From the NCBI GenBank assembly GCA_963798845.1, contig CAWCUS010000005.1, forward strand, positions 96,001 to 160,000: a DNA stretch of 64,000 nt, in the 5' to 3' direction. Source of the DNA: an uncultured Gemmatimonadales bacterium (lineage in GTDB: Bacteria > Gemmatimonadota > Gemmatimonadetes > Longimicrobiales > RSA9). Made by a program: the position numbers and the translations under genes. Each line of letters begins with the position of its first letter. Within the stretch, counting starts at the first letter, position 1. The notes under the pieces were generated by a model. It was not told the DNA's origin, did not search any database, and was given only the letters and a program-made list of their open reading frames with translations. This document shows, piece by piece, positions 8,110-18,838 of this stretch.

Positions 8110-10842
8110 CTATCCTCCGGCGGGGGACTGCCCCCCGTTCAACCGCTCGAGAATGCGCTCCAGCTCGTCCAGCGCCTGACCGTAGCCGGCCCAGTCCCCT
8201 GCACGGAGTCTCGCCTGGGCCCGGTTCAGGGCATCCAGCGCCTGGCGCGCGAGCGAGTCGCCCGTGCGGGCTGGCGGCCGGGGCTGTGGGCGGGCAGCGG
8301 CTTCACCGGCCGCGCGGGCCCGGAGCCCCTCGATCGCGGCGTCCAGGGTCGAGGCCATGGACACGGCGTGGCCGTCGCTCACGACCACGCGCCAGAGCTC
8401 GGGAATCGGATTCTCCTCGGCGCTGAGGAACAGCGGCTCGATGTACAGCACGGAGCTGTCGAGCGGGACCACGCGCATCCGTCCCATGTCGACGCCGCTT
8501 CCTCGCTGCCGGAGGAGAGAGAGCTCGGGTGAGATGATCGGGTCCTGCTCGATCATGGCCTGCACCTGGCCCGGCCCCGGCACCTGCTGGTCGCGGGGGA
8601 ACTCGACGAGCGTGAGACGGCCGTAGCTCTCCGCGTCGTTCCGGGCCACCAGGACGGCGGTCATGTTCTGCCGCGCCTGGGCGATGAACGGGAGGAGGGT
8701 CAGGAATCTCACGTCGTCCTCGCCCGGCGTCGGGACGAGGGCGTACAGCGGCCGCTGGCCTCCCTGCTCTGCGCCCGGCGACGTTCCCCTTGCCCGCTCC
8801 CAGACGTCCTGCCGGGAGTAGAAGGTCTCGACGCGCTGGACGTGGTAGTCCTGCAGGATCTCGGCCTGCGTCAGGAGCGCGAGCTCGGGATACCGCAGGT
8901 GCCGTTGCAGCTCCGCCGGCATGGCCGAGAGGGGGTGGAAGAGCCCCGGGTAGATGCGCGAGTAGGTGGCAAGCAGCGGGTCGTCGTCCAGGACCCGGTA
9001 GAACGTGACCTCGCCCGTGACGGCGTCCACCGCCGCCTTCACCGATGCGCGCAGGTAGCGAATGCGGCCGCGGCGGACGTTCACCACACGGGCCAGCGGG
9101 AAGGACGGCGACGCGGTGTAGCCGTCGATGAGCCAGACGATCTTGCCGCCCGTGATGACGGGGACCGGGTTCTCGTCCCAGGCCACGAAGGGCACGATTT
9201 CCGAAACCCGGTTGCGCACCGCCCGGCGGAAGAGGAGCCGGCTCTCCCTCGTCACATCGCCCGAGAAGAGGAGCGTCTCATCGCCGAAGCGCCAGGCGAA
9301 CGCGAGCACGCGCCAGAATGAGCTGAGGCGGATCCCGGCCGGGAAGTCCACTCCAGGCGTCCCCGTGAAGGCGCTGTCGCGTCCGGGGACCACCACGGCG
9401 TACTCTCCGGTAGCCTGCCCGAAGAACACGCTGGGCCGCTCCAGCCGCAGCCTGGGGGGAGCGGCGGGGTCCGTGATCAGCGGGTTGATGTTGCGGAGCC
9501 AGAGCTCCGGCGCGCCATCGCTGGCCCCTGTCGGGTGCGCGGGGGCCGCGACCGCACCCAGCCCCTGGATGTAGGAAGGGTTGAGGTGCAGGCTCTGCCA
9601 GGTCCTCGCCGCCGGATCGAGCCCGGACGGGTGGAACTCGCGTACACCGATCCCGACCTGCTGCTCTTCGCCCGGAGGACCGTAGCGATCGTAGTCCACG
9701 TCGGGGAACGAGTAGTATGGAAACAGGCTCTGCATCTGGATGAAAGCGCGCTGGAGCGGCTCGGGGTCCCAGAGCGGGACGCGGGCGAGGAGCGGACCGA
9801 CATGCTCCGGCGAAGGCGAGACTGTGGGACCGTAGGGAAAGCGCTGCCTCGCCATGTCTTCGAGCCCGTAGGCGCGGCGGGTGAAATCGAGGTTCCATCG
9901 GATATAGGGCGCTTCCCGGCTCAGCTCGTTGGGCTCCACCCGGAACTTCTGCACGGCCGCCGGATAGGCGACCCCGAGAAGGAGTCCGGTGAGGAGGAGG
10001 CCGCCCAGGGCGACGGTGGGTGGGACGAGCGCCTGTCGCAGCGCGCCGTAGACGAGCGCCACCGCGGCGCCGACCGAGAGCACCGCCAGGGTGGTATAGG
10101 CCGGGAGCCGGGCCTTCACGTCGGTGTAGCCGAGGCCGCCCCCCACCCCGTGCCCATCGATGAGCAGGAGGTATCGTCCCAGCCAATAGCGGACTGCCAC
10201 GAGGAGGAGAAGCGCGGCGACGAGACCCGCGGCGTGAAGGCGTGCCGCCCGGGCCATGTCGAGCCGGTTCTCCTGCCAGCGGATCCCGCCTGCCAGGACA
10301 TGGCCGAGCGCCACGAGTGTGAGGCTCCACACCGTCACGAGGATCAGGAAGCCGAGGGCGTCGAGGGCGAACGGGAGCGTGAAGATGTAGAAGCCGACAT
10401 CCTTCCCGAACAGCGGGTCCTGGAGCCCCCATGACACGCGTCGGAACCAGCTCGCGGCCGCCAGAACGGCGTGCTCGTCGAACTGGAGGGCCGCGAGCCA
10501 CCACCCGCCCAGGAGGGCGACGGCGACGGAGATCAGGCTCACCCAGCGGCGGGGTATGCGCTCGGCGATCTCCAGGTTTCCGTAGCGCCGCCGCACGCGC
10601 ACCGGACCGAGGTGGCGGAGGACCACCCAGAGGTTCAGGAAGATCAGGGCGGCGCCGACAAGGCCCGCCACGCCGCGCACAGCGAGGCGGAGCCAGAGGC
10701 GGGTCCAGAAAGGTCCGAGGTAGCCCACCTCCCGGTACCACAGGAAGTCCGTGTAGAAGCTCACGCCCGCGTGAGCGGCCGCGAACACGACGACGAGGGC
10801 GACTCCGGCCCCGATGAGGGCGCGGACTGCGCGCCGGCTCAT
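8110..10842 (-). CDS. UPF0182 family integral membrane protein
   Basis: YTDFLWY, DPLFGKDVGFYIFTLP, GYTDV, VEPNE...EAPYI, SVKAAVDA-x-G, GPGQV; about 900 aa with an N-terminal TM region. Confidence 0.9.
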   Translation of the reverse strand: MSRRAVRALIGAGVALVVVFAAAHAGVSFYTDFLWYREVGYLGPFWTRLWLRLAVRGVAGLVGAALIFLNLWVVLRHLGPVRVRRRYGNLEIAERIPRRWVSLISVAVALLGGWWLAALQFDEHAVLAAASWFRRVSWGLQDPLFGKDVGFYIFTLPFALDALGFLILVTVWSLTLVALGHVLAGGIRWQENRLDMARAARLHAAGLVAALLLLVAVRYWLGRYLLLIDGHGVGGGLGYTDVKARLPAYTTLAVLSVGAAVALVYGALRQALVPPTVALGGLLLTGLLLGVAYPAAVQKFRVEPNELSREAPYIRWNLDFTRRAYGLEDMARQRFPYGPTVSPSPEHVGPLLARVPLWDPEPLQRAFIQMQSLFPYYSFPDVDYDRYGPPGEEQQVGIGVREFHPSGLDPAARTWQSLHLNPSYIQGLGAVAAPAHPTGASDGAPELWLRNINPLITDPAAPPRLRLERPSVFFGQATGEYAVVVPGRDSAFTGTPGVDFPAGIRLSSFWRVLAFAWRFGDETLLFSGDVTRESRLLFRRAVRNRVSEIVPFVAWDENPVPVITGGKIVWLIDGYTASPSFPLARVVNVRRGRIRYLRASVKAAVDAVTGEVTFYRVLDDDPLLATYSRIYPGLFHPLSAMPAELQRHLRYPELALLTQAEILQDYHVQRVETFYSRQDVWERARGTSPGAEQGGQRPLYALVPTPGEDDVRFLTLLPFIAQARQNMTAVLVARNDAESYGRLTLVEFPRDQQVPGPGQVQAMIEQDPIISPELSLLRQRGSGVDMGRMRVVPLDSSVLYIEPLFLSAEENPIPELWRVVVSDGHAVSMASTLDAAIEGLRARAAGEAAARPQPRPPARTGDSLARQALDALNRAQARLRAGDWAGYGQALDELERILERLNGGQSPAGG

Positions 10843-10843
10843 G

Positions 10844-12217
10844 TTACGGCTGGATCCCCTGTGCGCGGAGCCACCCTTCCATGGCCCCGCGGATGCGGTC
10901 GAGCTGCTCCTGCGTCCTCGCCTCGTAGCGGAGGACGAGGACCGGCTGCGTGTTGGAGGCCCGGAGCAGCCCCCAGCCGCCGTCGAAGAGGACGCGGGCG
11001 CCGTCCACGGCGATCACGTCGTGGTCCCGCGAGAACGCCTCGACGGCGCTGTCCACGATGTCGAACTTGCGCTCTTCCGGGACCTCCACGCGGATCTCCG
11101 GCGTGGACACGTACTTCGGGAAGTCGGCCGTGAGCGCTGACAACGGTCGGTCGCTGCGAGCCAGCAGGTCGATGAGGCGGCACGCGTCGTAGAGCGCGTC
11201 GTCGAAGCCATAGTAGCCGTCGGCGATGCAGATATGGCCGGACAGCTCGCCGGCCAGCAGCGCTCCGGTCTCCTTCATCTTCTCCTTGATGAGGGAGTGG
11301 CCCGTCTTCCACATGATCGGCTCACCGCCGTGCGCCGCCAGCACTTCCGGGAGAGCCTGGGAGCACTTGACATCGAAGATCACCTTCTGACCCGGACCCC
11401 GCCGCTCCAGCAGGTCGAGGCCGAAGAGCAGCAGCAGGATGTCGCCGCGGACCACCTGCCCGTACTCGTTCACGGCGCCCAGCCGATCCGCGTCGCCATC
11501 GAACGCCACGCCCAGCTCCGCGCCTTCGCGCTTCACCGCCTCGATCATGTCCGCGATGTACGCGTCCACCGTCGGATCCGGGTGATGATTCGGGAACGTA
11601 CCATCCGATTCGCAATAGAGAGGGACGACCTCGGCGCCGAGACGCTCCAGCAGCTTCACCGCCACCAGGCTCCCGGTCCCGTTGCCGCAGTCGGCGACGA
11701 CCTTCACGGGGCGTGAAAGCCGGAACCGGTCCGCGACGTCGGCGATGTAGTCGTCCAGCACGTCGCGCTCCTCGAGCGCGCCCTCGCCCTCGGCGAAGGC
11801 CCCGTCCAGGATCCGCCGCTTCAGGCCCTGGATGTCGGCACCGTAGAAGGAGCTGCCGTTCGCCAGCATCTTGAACCCGTTGTACTCCGGCGGATTGTGG
11901 GAGCCGGTGATCTGCATGCCCGCCTCCGTGCCGAAGCGCTGGACGGCCCAGTAGAGCGTGGGCGTCGGCACGGTGTTCACCAGAATGACGTCGACCCCCA
12001 CCTCGCGCAGCCCCGCGACCACTCCCGCGGCGAGCGACGGCGAGCTGGGCCGGTTGTCGTGCCCCACGGTGACGCGGAGGTCTGCGCGGCCGTCGTTGCG
12101 GGCCCGGAGCTCGCTGCCGAAGGCGCGGCCGATCAGCCGCGGCACCTCGCCGGTGAGGTCCGCGTCCACCACACCGCGGATGTCGTACTCGCGGAAGATG
12201 TGCTCGTTCAACGCCAT
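10844..12217 (-). CDS. Phosphomannomutase/phosphoglucomutase (AlgC-like)
   Basis: IFREYDIRG, catalytic TGSHNP, metal loop FDGDADR, GELSGH, RASNTQP. Confidence 0.95.
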   Translation of the reverse strand: MALNEHIFREYDIRGVVDADLTGEVPRLIGRAFGSELRARNDGRADLRVTVGHDNRPSSPSLAAGVVAGLREVGVDVILVNTVPTPTLYWAVQRFGTEAGMQITGSHNPPEYNGFKMLANGSSFYGADIQGLKRRILDGAFAEGEGALEERDVLDDYIADVADRFRLSRPVKVVADCGNGTGSLVAVKLLERLGAEVVPLYCESDGTFPNHHPDPTVDAYIADMIEAVKREGAELGVAFDGDADRLGAVNEYGQVVRGDILLLLFGLDLLERRGPGQKVIFDVKCSQALPEVLAAHGGEPIMWKTGHSLIKEKMKETGALLAGELSGHICIADGYYGFDDALYDACRLIDLLARSDRPLSALTADFPKYVSTPEIRVEVPEERKFDIVDSAVEAFSRDHDVIAVDGARVLFDGGWGLLRASNTQPVLVLRYEARTQEQLDRIRGAMEGWLRAQGIQP

Positions 12218-12307
12218 GTGTCCGTTCCGTTCAGGTCCAGCGTGCCAGTGAAAACGGGCCGCGGCCCCGCATGGGATTCCGGGACGCTCACGGCCCGGTG
12301 CGGGCGG

Positions 12308-13819
12308 TCAGGGGGCGGCGACGCCAGCGCTCAGCGGCGACCCGATGAGCGCGGCTGCCCCCGCGTGAGCGAGGCTCAGGAACCAGCTCGGGAAGATCCC
12401 GATGAGGAGCACCGCGACAGCGGCGAACACCAGCGCCGCGGCCACGCCCGAGGAGACCTGCACCGGTTCCGCCTCGCGGTCCTCCTCCGGCTCCCTGAAC
12501 CACATGTACCACGCCACTCGCAGGTAATAGTAGTACGACACCAGTGAGGCGAGGACGAGCGTGACGGCCAGCCAGATCTTGTCCCGCTCCACCGCCGCCC
12601 GCAGGATGGCGAACTTTCCCCAGAACCCGCCCGTGGGCGGGACGCCGGCCAGGCTGAGGAGGAAGATGGTCATGGTGACGCCGATGAGCGGCGCGCGCCA
12701 GCCCAGGCCCGCGTACTCGGCCAGCCCGAGCCGGAGCTCGTGCTTCTCGGCTACCAGGAACACCACCGCGAACGCGCCCATGGTCATGAGCGTGTACGCG
12801 ACGAGGTAGTACAGGAACGCCGCGGACCCCAGCACGTTCGCGGCCGCCACCGCAACCAGCAGATAGCCCGCGTGCGCGATGCTGGAGTACGCCAGCATCC
12901 GTTTCACGCTGTCCTCGCTCAGGGCCGTCAGGTTGGCGAAGATCATGGTGATGAACGCCAGCCCGGCCACCAGCGGGAGCCACGTCTCGTACAGGCCGAT
13001 GAAGCCCGTCATGAAGACTCGCAGGAACGCGGCGAACGCCGCCGCCTTCACGCCGGCCGCCATGAACGCCGTCACCGGGGCGGGCGCGCCTTCATAGGCG
13101 TCCGGCGTCCACATGTGGAAGGGCATGGCCGCCACCTTGAAGGCGAAGCCCACCAGGAGCAATGCCATCCCGGCCGTGAGCATGAGACCCGCGTCCATGC
13201 CGTCCACCCCCACCGCGTCGCGAATCACCGTGAGGTTCACGCTGCCTGCGCCGCCGTAGACCATCGCAATGCCGAACAGAAAGAACGCGCTGGAGAAGGC
13301 GCCCAGCAGAAAGTACTTGAGCGCCGCCTCGGCCGACCGGCGGTCCCGCCGGTTCACGCCCGTGAGGATGTAAACGGCCACGGACATGAGCTCGAGGCCC
13401 AGGAAGATGAGCATGAGGTCGCGCGTGCCCGCGAAGAACATCATGCCCACGGTGGCGAACAGGACGAGCACGAACATCTCACCGTGGCGCATCCGCTGTT
13501 CGTCGAGGTAGTGCCACGAGATCGCGACGAAAAGCAGGGCGGCGCCGAGGAACAGGTAGTTGGTGTAGATCCGGAACGCGTCCAGTGCGATTGGCCCCGC
13601 CGCTCCGGCCTCGTGCACGCCCAGCAGCCACGTATTGGCCGCGGCGGCGAGCAGGATTCCCAGCACCGTGAGCCACGCGACGGCCGGGTGGGCCGACTCC
13701 TGCCGGTCCCCGCGCTGGAACACGTCCACCATGAGCACGACCAGCGCCCAGCCGGAAAGGACGATCTCGGGCGCCAGTGCCCAGAAGTAGTCGAACGGCG
13801 ACGCGTAGCTAATCAGCAT
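12308..13819 (-). CDS. nuoN: NADH-quinone oxidoreductase subunit N
   Basis: EAALKYFLLG, FKVAAMPFHMWTPDAYEGAP, KRMLAYSSIAHAGY; last gene of the nuo operon. Confidence 0.97.
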   Translation of the reverse strand: MLISYASPFDYFWALAPEIVLSGWALVVLMVDVFQRGDRQESAHPAVAWLTVLGILLAAAANTWLLGVHEAGAAGPIALDAFRIYTNYLFLGAALLFVAISWHYLDEQRMRHGEMFVLVLFATVGMMFFAGTRDLMLIFLGLELMSVAVYILTGVNRRDRRSAEAALKYFLLGAFSSAFFLFGIAMVYGGAGSVNLTVIRDAVGVDGMDAGLMLTAGMALLLVGFAFKVAAMPFHMWTPDAYEGAPAPVTAFMAAGVKAAAFAAFLRVFMTGFIGLYETWLPLVAGLAFITMIFANLTALSEDSVKRMLAYSSIAHAGYLLVAVAAANVLGSAAFLYYLVAYTLMTMGAFAVVFLVAEKHELRLGLAEYAGLGWRAPLIGVTMTIFLLSLAGVPPTGGFWGKFAILRAAVERDKIWLAVTLVLASLVSYYYYLRVAWYMWFREPEEDREAEPVQVSSGVAAALVFAAVAVLLIGIFPSWFLSLAHAGAAALIGSPLSAGVAAP

Positions 13820-15404
13820 TCGTCGCCTCCGTATCGTTCATCGCTTCCACGTTCACCGTGCCCATCTCTTCCGCGCCGAAGCGTCCCATCATCGGGATTC
13901 GGTTCTGCTCGACGTTCGCCACCAATTGCGTCACGCTCTGCTCGGTGCGCTCCAGGAACGGCTTCGGATAGACGCCCATCCAGAGCATGACCACCACCAG
14001 GGGCACCAGCACCGCGAGCTCGCGCCGGCTCAGGTCGGGCAGATGCTCGTTTTCGGGCTTGTCCAGCGGATTGTACCAGATCTTCTGGACCATCGGCAGC
14101 ATATAGTACGCGGCGAAGATGACGCCGCTCGCCGCAACCAGCGCCACCCACGGGTGCGTTTCGAAGGTCCCGATCAGGCTCAGGAACTCGCCCACGAACC
14201 CGCTCGTGCCGGGGAGTCCGATGCTGGCCAGCGCCGTGATCACGAAGATGGTGCCGAATGCCGGCATCACCGCCGCCAGCCCTCCGAAATCCGCGATGGC
14301 ACGGCTGTGCCGCCGCTCGTACAGCATCCCCAGCAGGAGGAACATGGCGCCCGTGGAGGCGCCGTGGCTGAGCATCACGATCATCGCGCCCTGGAGCCCC
14401 TGCACGGTCAGGGCGAAGATCCCGAGCACCACGAACCCCATGTGCGCCACGGACGTGTAAGCCACCAGCTTCTTCGCGTCCGGCTGCACCGCGGCGACCC
14501 ATGCCCCGTAGGTGATCCCGAGCAGGCCCAGCACCATCATCGTCATCACGACGGCCCCGTTCGTGGCTGCCGCCGGGAATAGCGGGAGCAGGAACCGCAG
14601 GAACCCGTATCCTCCCATCTTCAGGAGCACTGCTGCCAGGACCACGGAGCCGGGCGTCGGCGCCTCCACGTGCGCGTCGGGGAGCCAGGTGTGGAAGGGG
14701 AAGAGCGGGACCTTGATGGCGAAGGCCAGCGCGAACGCCCCGAAAAGCCAGAACTGCTCGTGATAGGTCAACGAGACGTGGAGCAGGTCCGCATAGGCGA
14801 AGCTCACACCGCCGGTGAGCGTCCTGTACTTGAAGAACAGGTACAGGATCGCCACCAGCATGAGGAGGGAGCCGATCGCCGTGTACAGGAAGAACTTGAT
14901 CGCCGCGTAGACCCTGCGTTCGCCGCCCCATACGCCGATGATGAAGTACATCGGCACCAGCATGAGCTCCCAGAAAATGAAGAAGAGGAAGAGGTCGAGG
15001 GATACGAACACCCCGATCACCCCCACCTGCAGCAGGAGCATCATGCCATAGAACGCGCGCTGTCGGATCCTGATGTACCGGTAGGAGCCGAGGATCGCCA
15101 ATGGCATCAGGAAGGTGGTGAGCAGCACCAGCAGCAGGCTGATGCCATCGATCCCCACACGGTAATAGATGCCCCAGGCCGAGATCCACGGCACCGCCGC
15201 GGCGAACTGGAACGCCGCCGTGGCGGTGTTGAACGCCCACCAGAGAGGCACGCTCACCACGAACTCGATCACCCCGACCGCGAACGCCACGTGCTTCGCT
15301 CGCTCCTCCGGTGCCGCCATGGCCAGGCCCATGCCCAGCAGGGGGAACCAGAGCAGGAAGTGGATCACCCAGCCGCCGTATCCGATCGCTTCCAGGAATC
15401 CCAT
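13809..15404 (-). CDS. nuoM: NADH-quinone oxidoreductase subunit M
   Basis: GIDGISL, FWELML, KFFLYT, KVPLFPFHTWLPDAHVEAP, LLKMGGYG. Start reassigned to MGFLEAIG. Confidence 0.96.
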   Translation of the reverse strand: MGFLEAIGYGGWVIHFLLWFPLLGMGLAMAAPEERAKHVAFAVGVIEFVVSVPLWWAFNTATAAFQFAAAVPWISAWGIYYRVGIDGISLLLVLLTTFLMPLAILGSYRYIRIRQRAFYGMMLLLQVGVIGVFVSLDLFLFFIFWELMLVPMYFIIGVWGGERRVYAAIKFFLYTAIGSLLMLVAILYLFFKYRTLTGGVSFAYADLLHVSLTYHEQFWLFGAFALAFAIKVPLFPFHTWLPDAHVEAPTPGSVVLAAVLLKMGGYGFLRFLLPLFPAAATNGAVVMTMMVLGLLGITYGAWVAAVQPDAKKLVAYTSVAHMGFVVLGIFALTVQGLQGAMIVMLSHGASTGAMFLLLGMLYERRHSRAIADFGGLAAVMPAFGTIFVITALASIGLPGTSGFVGEFLSLIGTFETHPWVALVAASGVIFAAYYMLPMVQKIWYNPLDKPENEHLPDLSRRELAVLVPLVVVMLWMGVYPKPFLERTEQSVTQLVANVEQNRIPMMGRFGAEEMGTVNVEAMNDTEATNAD

Positions 15405-15409
15405 TCTGT

Positions 15410-17437
15410 CTAGAACCCCACCACCACGTAGAGGATGACGAGCACGCCGATCACTATGGCGAAGGCGTACCCGTTGAGGTTGCCCGTCTGCAGGCGCGCT
15501 GTGCCCCGCCCGATCCAGGCGGCCACCGCCCCCGCCCCGTTGACGGTCCGGTCGAGGATGCCCACGTCGACGAATCGCCAGAGCGCACGCGAGCCGCTGA
15601 TCACCGGCCGGACCACGAGCGCGTCGTAGATCTCGTCCACATACCATTTGTCGTAGAGCACCTTCGCGAAGCCCCGGTAGGCCGGCGTCTCGCTGGCCGG
15701 CTTCCGCTCGATCTTCCCGAGCCAGAGCGTGGCCAGGACGATCACCGCCACGGCCAGGGCGAATGACGCCATGGCCCAGAAGGCTTCGCTCCCGCCGAAG
15801 GGCCCCGCCTCCGCGAGCACGCCGACGTGGGCGCTGAAGATGTGGTCGGCTTCCGCCGTCAGGGGGTGGAGCCACTCGTGCAGCCATTCCGTGTGCGGGA
15901 GCCAGCCGAGCACCGGAGTTTGGCCGATCACTTCAGGGACGTTGATCCACCCGCCGACCGTCGCCAGCAGCGCCAGGATCGAGAGCGGGATCCACATCAC
16001 CGCGGGAGCGCCGTGGATGTGGTCGCCCGCGGGTCCGCTCCGGTTCTCACCGTGGAAGGTGAGGATCATGAGGCGGGTCATGTAGAAGGCCGTGAGCAGG
16101 GCTGCCGCCAGTGCCAGCACCCAGACCAGCGTGAACCATCCCTGGAACGGTCCCACCGCCCTCGCCGCCGCCTGCCAGATGATCTCGTCCTTGGAGAAGA
16201 AGCCGGCGAACGGCCACACCCCCGAGATCGCCAGGGTAGCCGCCCACATGAAGATCCACGTCTTCTTCATGTCGTGGCGCAGCCCGCCCATGTTGCGCAT
16301 GTCCTGGGCGTCCCAGTCCTGGTGGGTGTGGTGGAAAGCCTCGTGCATGGAGTGGATCACCGCGCCTGCGCCCAGGAAGAGAAGCGCCTTGAAGAAGGCG
16401 TGGGTCATCAGGTGGAAGATCCCGGCGGCGTAGGCACCGACCCCCACGCCCACGAACATGTAGCCGAGCTGCGATACCGTGGAATAGGCCAGGACCTTCT
16501 TGATGTCGGTCTGCACCAGCCCGATCGTGGCGGCGAACAGCGCCGTCAGGGCACCCACCACGGCCACCACTATGCTCGACGTGGGGGCCAGCGCGAACAG
16601 CACGCTGCTCCTCGCCACCATGTACACGCCGGCTGTCACCATGGTGGCCGCATGGATCAGCGCGCTCACCGGCGTGGGGCCGGCCATGGCGTCCGGGAGC
16701 CAGATGTAAAGCGGGATCTGCGCGCTCTTCCCCGTCGCGCCGAGGAAGAAGAAGAGCGTGATCGTCGTGATCACGGCTCCGCCGTAGGCGAATGCCTCAG
16801 GCGCGGCCGCGAACACGTCCACGAAGTTCAGCGTGCCGAGGTGCGCGAAGAGCAGGAACATGGCGATCAGGAACCCGAAGTCCCCGATCCGGTTGACGAT
16901 GAACGCCTTCTTTCCCGCGTCGGCCTTCTCCCGGTCGGAGAACCAGAAACCGATCAGGAGATAGCTGCACAATCCCACACCCTCCCAGCCCACGAACATG
17001 ACCGGGTAGCTCGCGCCCAGGACGAGCGTGAGCATGAAGAAGATGAACAGGTTCAGGAAGGAGAAATAACGGGCGTAGCCCGGGTCGTCACGCATGTACC
17101 CGATGCTGAAGACGTGGATCAGGAAGCCCACGCCGGTGACCACCAGGGCCATGACCATGGAGAGCTGATCGAGCTGGAGCGCCGCGTCGATCTTCAGTTC
17201 GCCGACGGGCATCCAGGACCAGTAGGTCTGGACGATCGGCTCGTGGAGCTCCACACCCAGCATGCGGGCGAAGTTGACCGCCACGATGACGAACGCCGCT
17301 CCCACCACGCCCGGCCCCACCAGCGTGGGGATCGACCTGGAGGTGGGCGCCCGGAAGGCCGTGGCCGCGTTCGCCAGGAAGCCAATGAGCGGGAGCAGGA
17401 TCACCCAGCCCAGCAGCGTAGGTTCGAATCCGTGCAT
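15410..17437 (-). CDS. nuoL: NADH-quinone oxidoreductase subunit L
   Basis: GWEGVGLCSYLLIGFW, NRIGD, KSAQIPL-x-WLPDAMAGPTPVSALIHAATMV, HAFFKALLF. Confidence 0.97.
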   Translation of the reverse strand: MHGFEPTLLGWVILLPLIGFLANAATAFRAPTSRSIPTLVGPGVVGAAFVIVAVNFARMLGVELHEPIVQTYWSWMPVGELKIDAALQLDQLSMVMALVVTGVGFLIHVFSIGYMRDDPGYARYFSFLNLFIFFMLTLVLGASYPVMFVGWEGVGLCSYLLIGFWFSDREKADAGKKAFIVNRIGDFGFLIAMFLLFAHLGTLNFVDVFAAAPEAFAYGGAVITTITLFFFLGATGKSAQIPLYIWLPDAMAGPTPVSALIHAATMVTAGVYMVARSSVLFALAPTSSIVVAVVGALTALFAATIGLVQTDIKKVLAYSTVSQLGYMFVGVGVGAYAAGIFHLMTHAFFKALLFLGAGAVIHSMHEAFHHTHQDWDAQDMRNMGGLRHDMKKTWIFMWAATLAISGVWPFAGFFSKDEIIWQAAARAVGPFQGWFTLVWVLALAAALLTAFYMTRLMILTFHGENRSGPAGDHIHGAPAVMWIPLSILALLATVGGWINVPEVIGQTPVLGWLPHTEWLHEWLHPLTAEADHIFSAHVGVLAEAGPFGGSEAFWAMASFALAVAVIVLATLWLGKIERKPASETPAYRGFAKVLYDKWYVDEIYDALVVRPVISGSRALWRFVDVGILDRTVNGAGAVAAWIGRGTARLQTGNLNGYAFAIVIGVLVILYVVVGF

Positions 17438-17503
17438 CTCAGCACCCCCGCCCGGAGGCGTGTGCCCGATCCGCTGCCCGCGTCACGCGGGCCGTGGCAG
17501 GCG

Positions 17504-17797
17504 TCACCACCGGAGCAGGTTGAAGTCCTTGGTGTCCACCGTCTCGAGGAGGCGGAAGATCGAGATGATGATCGCCAGCCCCACAGCCGCCTCGGCTGCC
17601 GCCACGGTCATCACGAAGAACACGAACACTTGCCCGTCGATCCCGATCTGCCGGGAGAGCGCCACGAACGCCAGGTTGGCCGCGTTCAGCATCAGCTCCA
17701 CGCACATGAACAGGATGATGGCGTTCCGCCGGATCAGGACCCCGGCCACACCAATGGCGAACAGGATCGCGGACAGGACCAGCGACATGGTCAGCAC
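17504..17797 (-). CDS. nuoK: NADH-quinone oxidoreductase subunit K
   Basis: RRNAI...ELMLNAANL...GQVF...[10 protein letters not shown]. Confidence 0.96.
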   Translation of the reverse strand: MLTMSLVLSAILFAIGVAGVLIRRNAIILFMCVELMLNAANLAFVALSRQIGIDGQVFVFFVMTVAAAEAAVGLAIIISIFRLLETVDTKDFNLLRW

Positions 17798-17798
17798 G

Positions 17799-18313
<515 letters not shown>

Positions 18314-18314
<1 letters not shown>

Positions 18315-18811
18315 TATTCCGAGAGCGGATCGCTGGGATCCCAGAGCGCAGTGACCGGGTGGTCCTGCGCCATCAGACGGTCCAGATCATAGACGAAGCG
18401 CTCGCGCGTGAACTCGGACGCCTCGTAGTCCTGCCCCACGTGGATCGCCTCGACAGGGCAGACTTCCTGACACATTCCGCAGAAGATGCAGCGGAACTCG
18501 TCGATCTCGTAGACGATCGGATAGCGGTTCCCCTGATCGTCTTCACCGGGCACCAGCCGGATGCAATTGGATGGGCAGATGGTCGGGCAGAGCCCGCACG
18601 CCACGCACTTCGGGCGCCCGTCGGCGTGCACCTCCATGCGGTGCGTGCCACGCCAGCGCGGCGCGATGTTCGGCTTCTCGTCCGGGTACTGCTGTGTGAC
18701 CTTGTGCGGGTTCACCATGTGCCGGAAGGTCAGCGCCATCCCTTTCAGCGTGGCCCGCAGATACGACGAGCCGCCTTCCGGCCGTCGGACTTTCTTCACA
18801 CCGATCGACAT
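18314..18811 (-). CDS. nuoI: NADH-quinone oxidoreductase subunit I
   Basis: Two ferredoxin motifs, CVACGLCPTICP and CIFCGMCQEVCP; TQQYPDE. Confidence 0.96.
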
Positions 18812-18838
18812 TCAGATCATCTCTCCCATCCGCTGCCG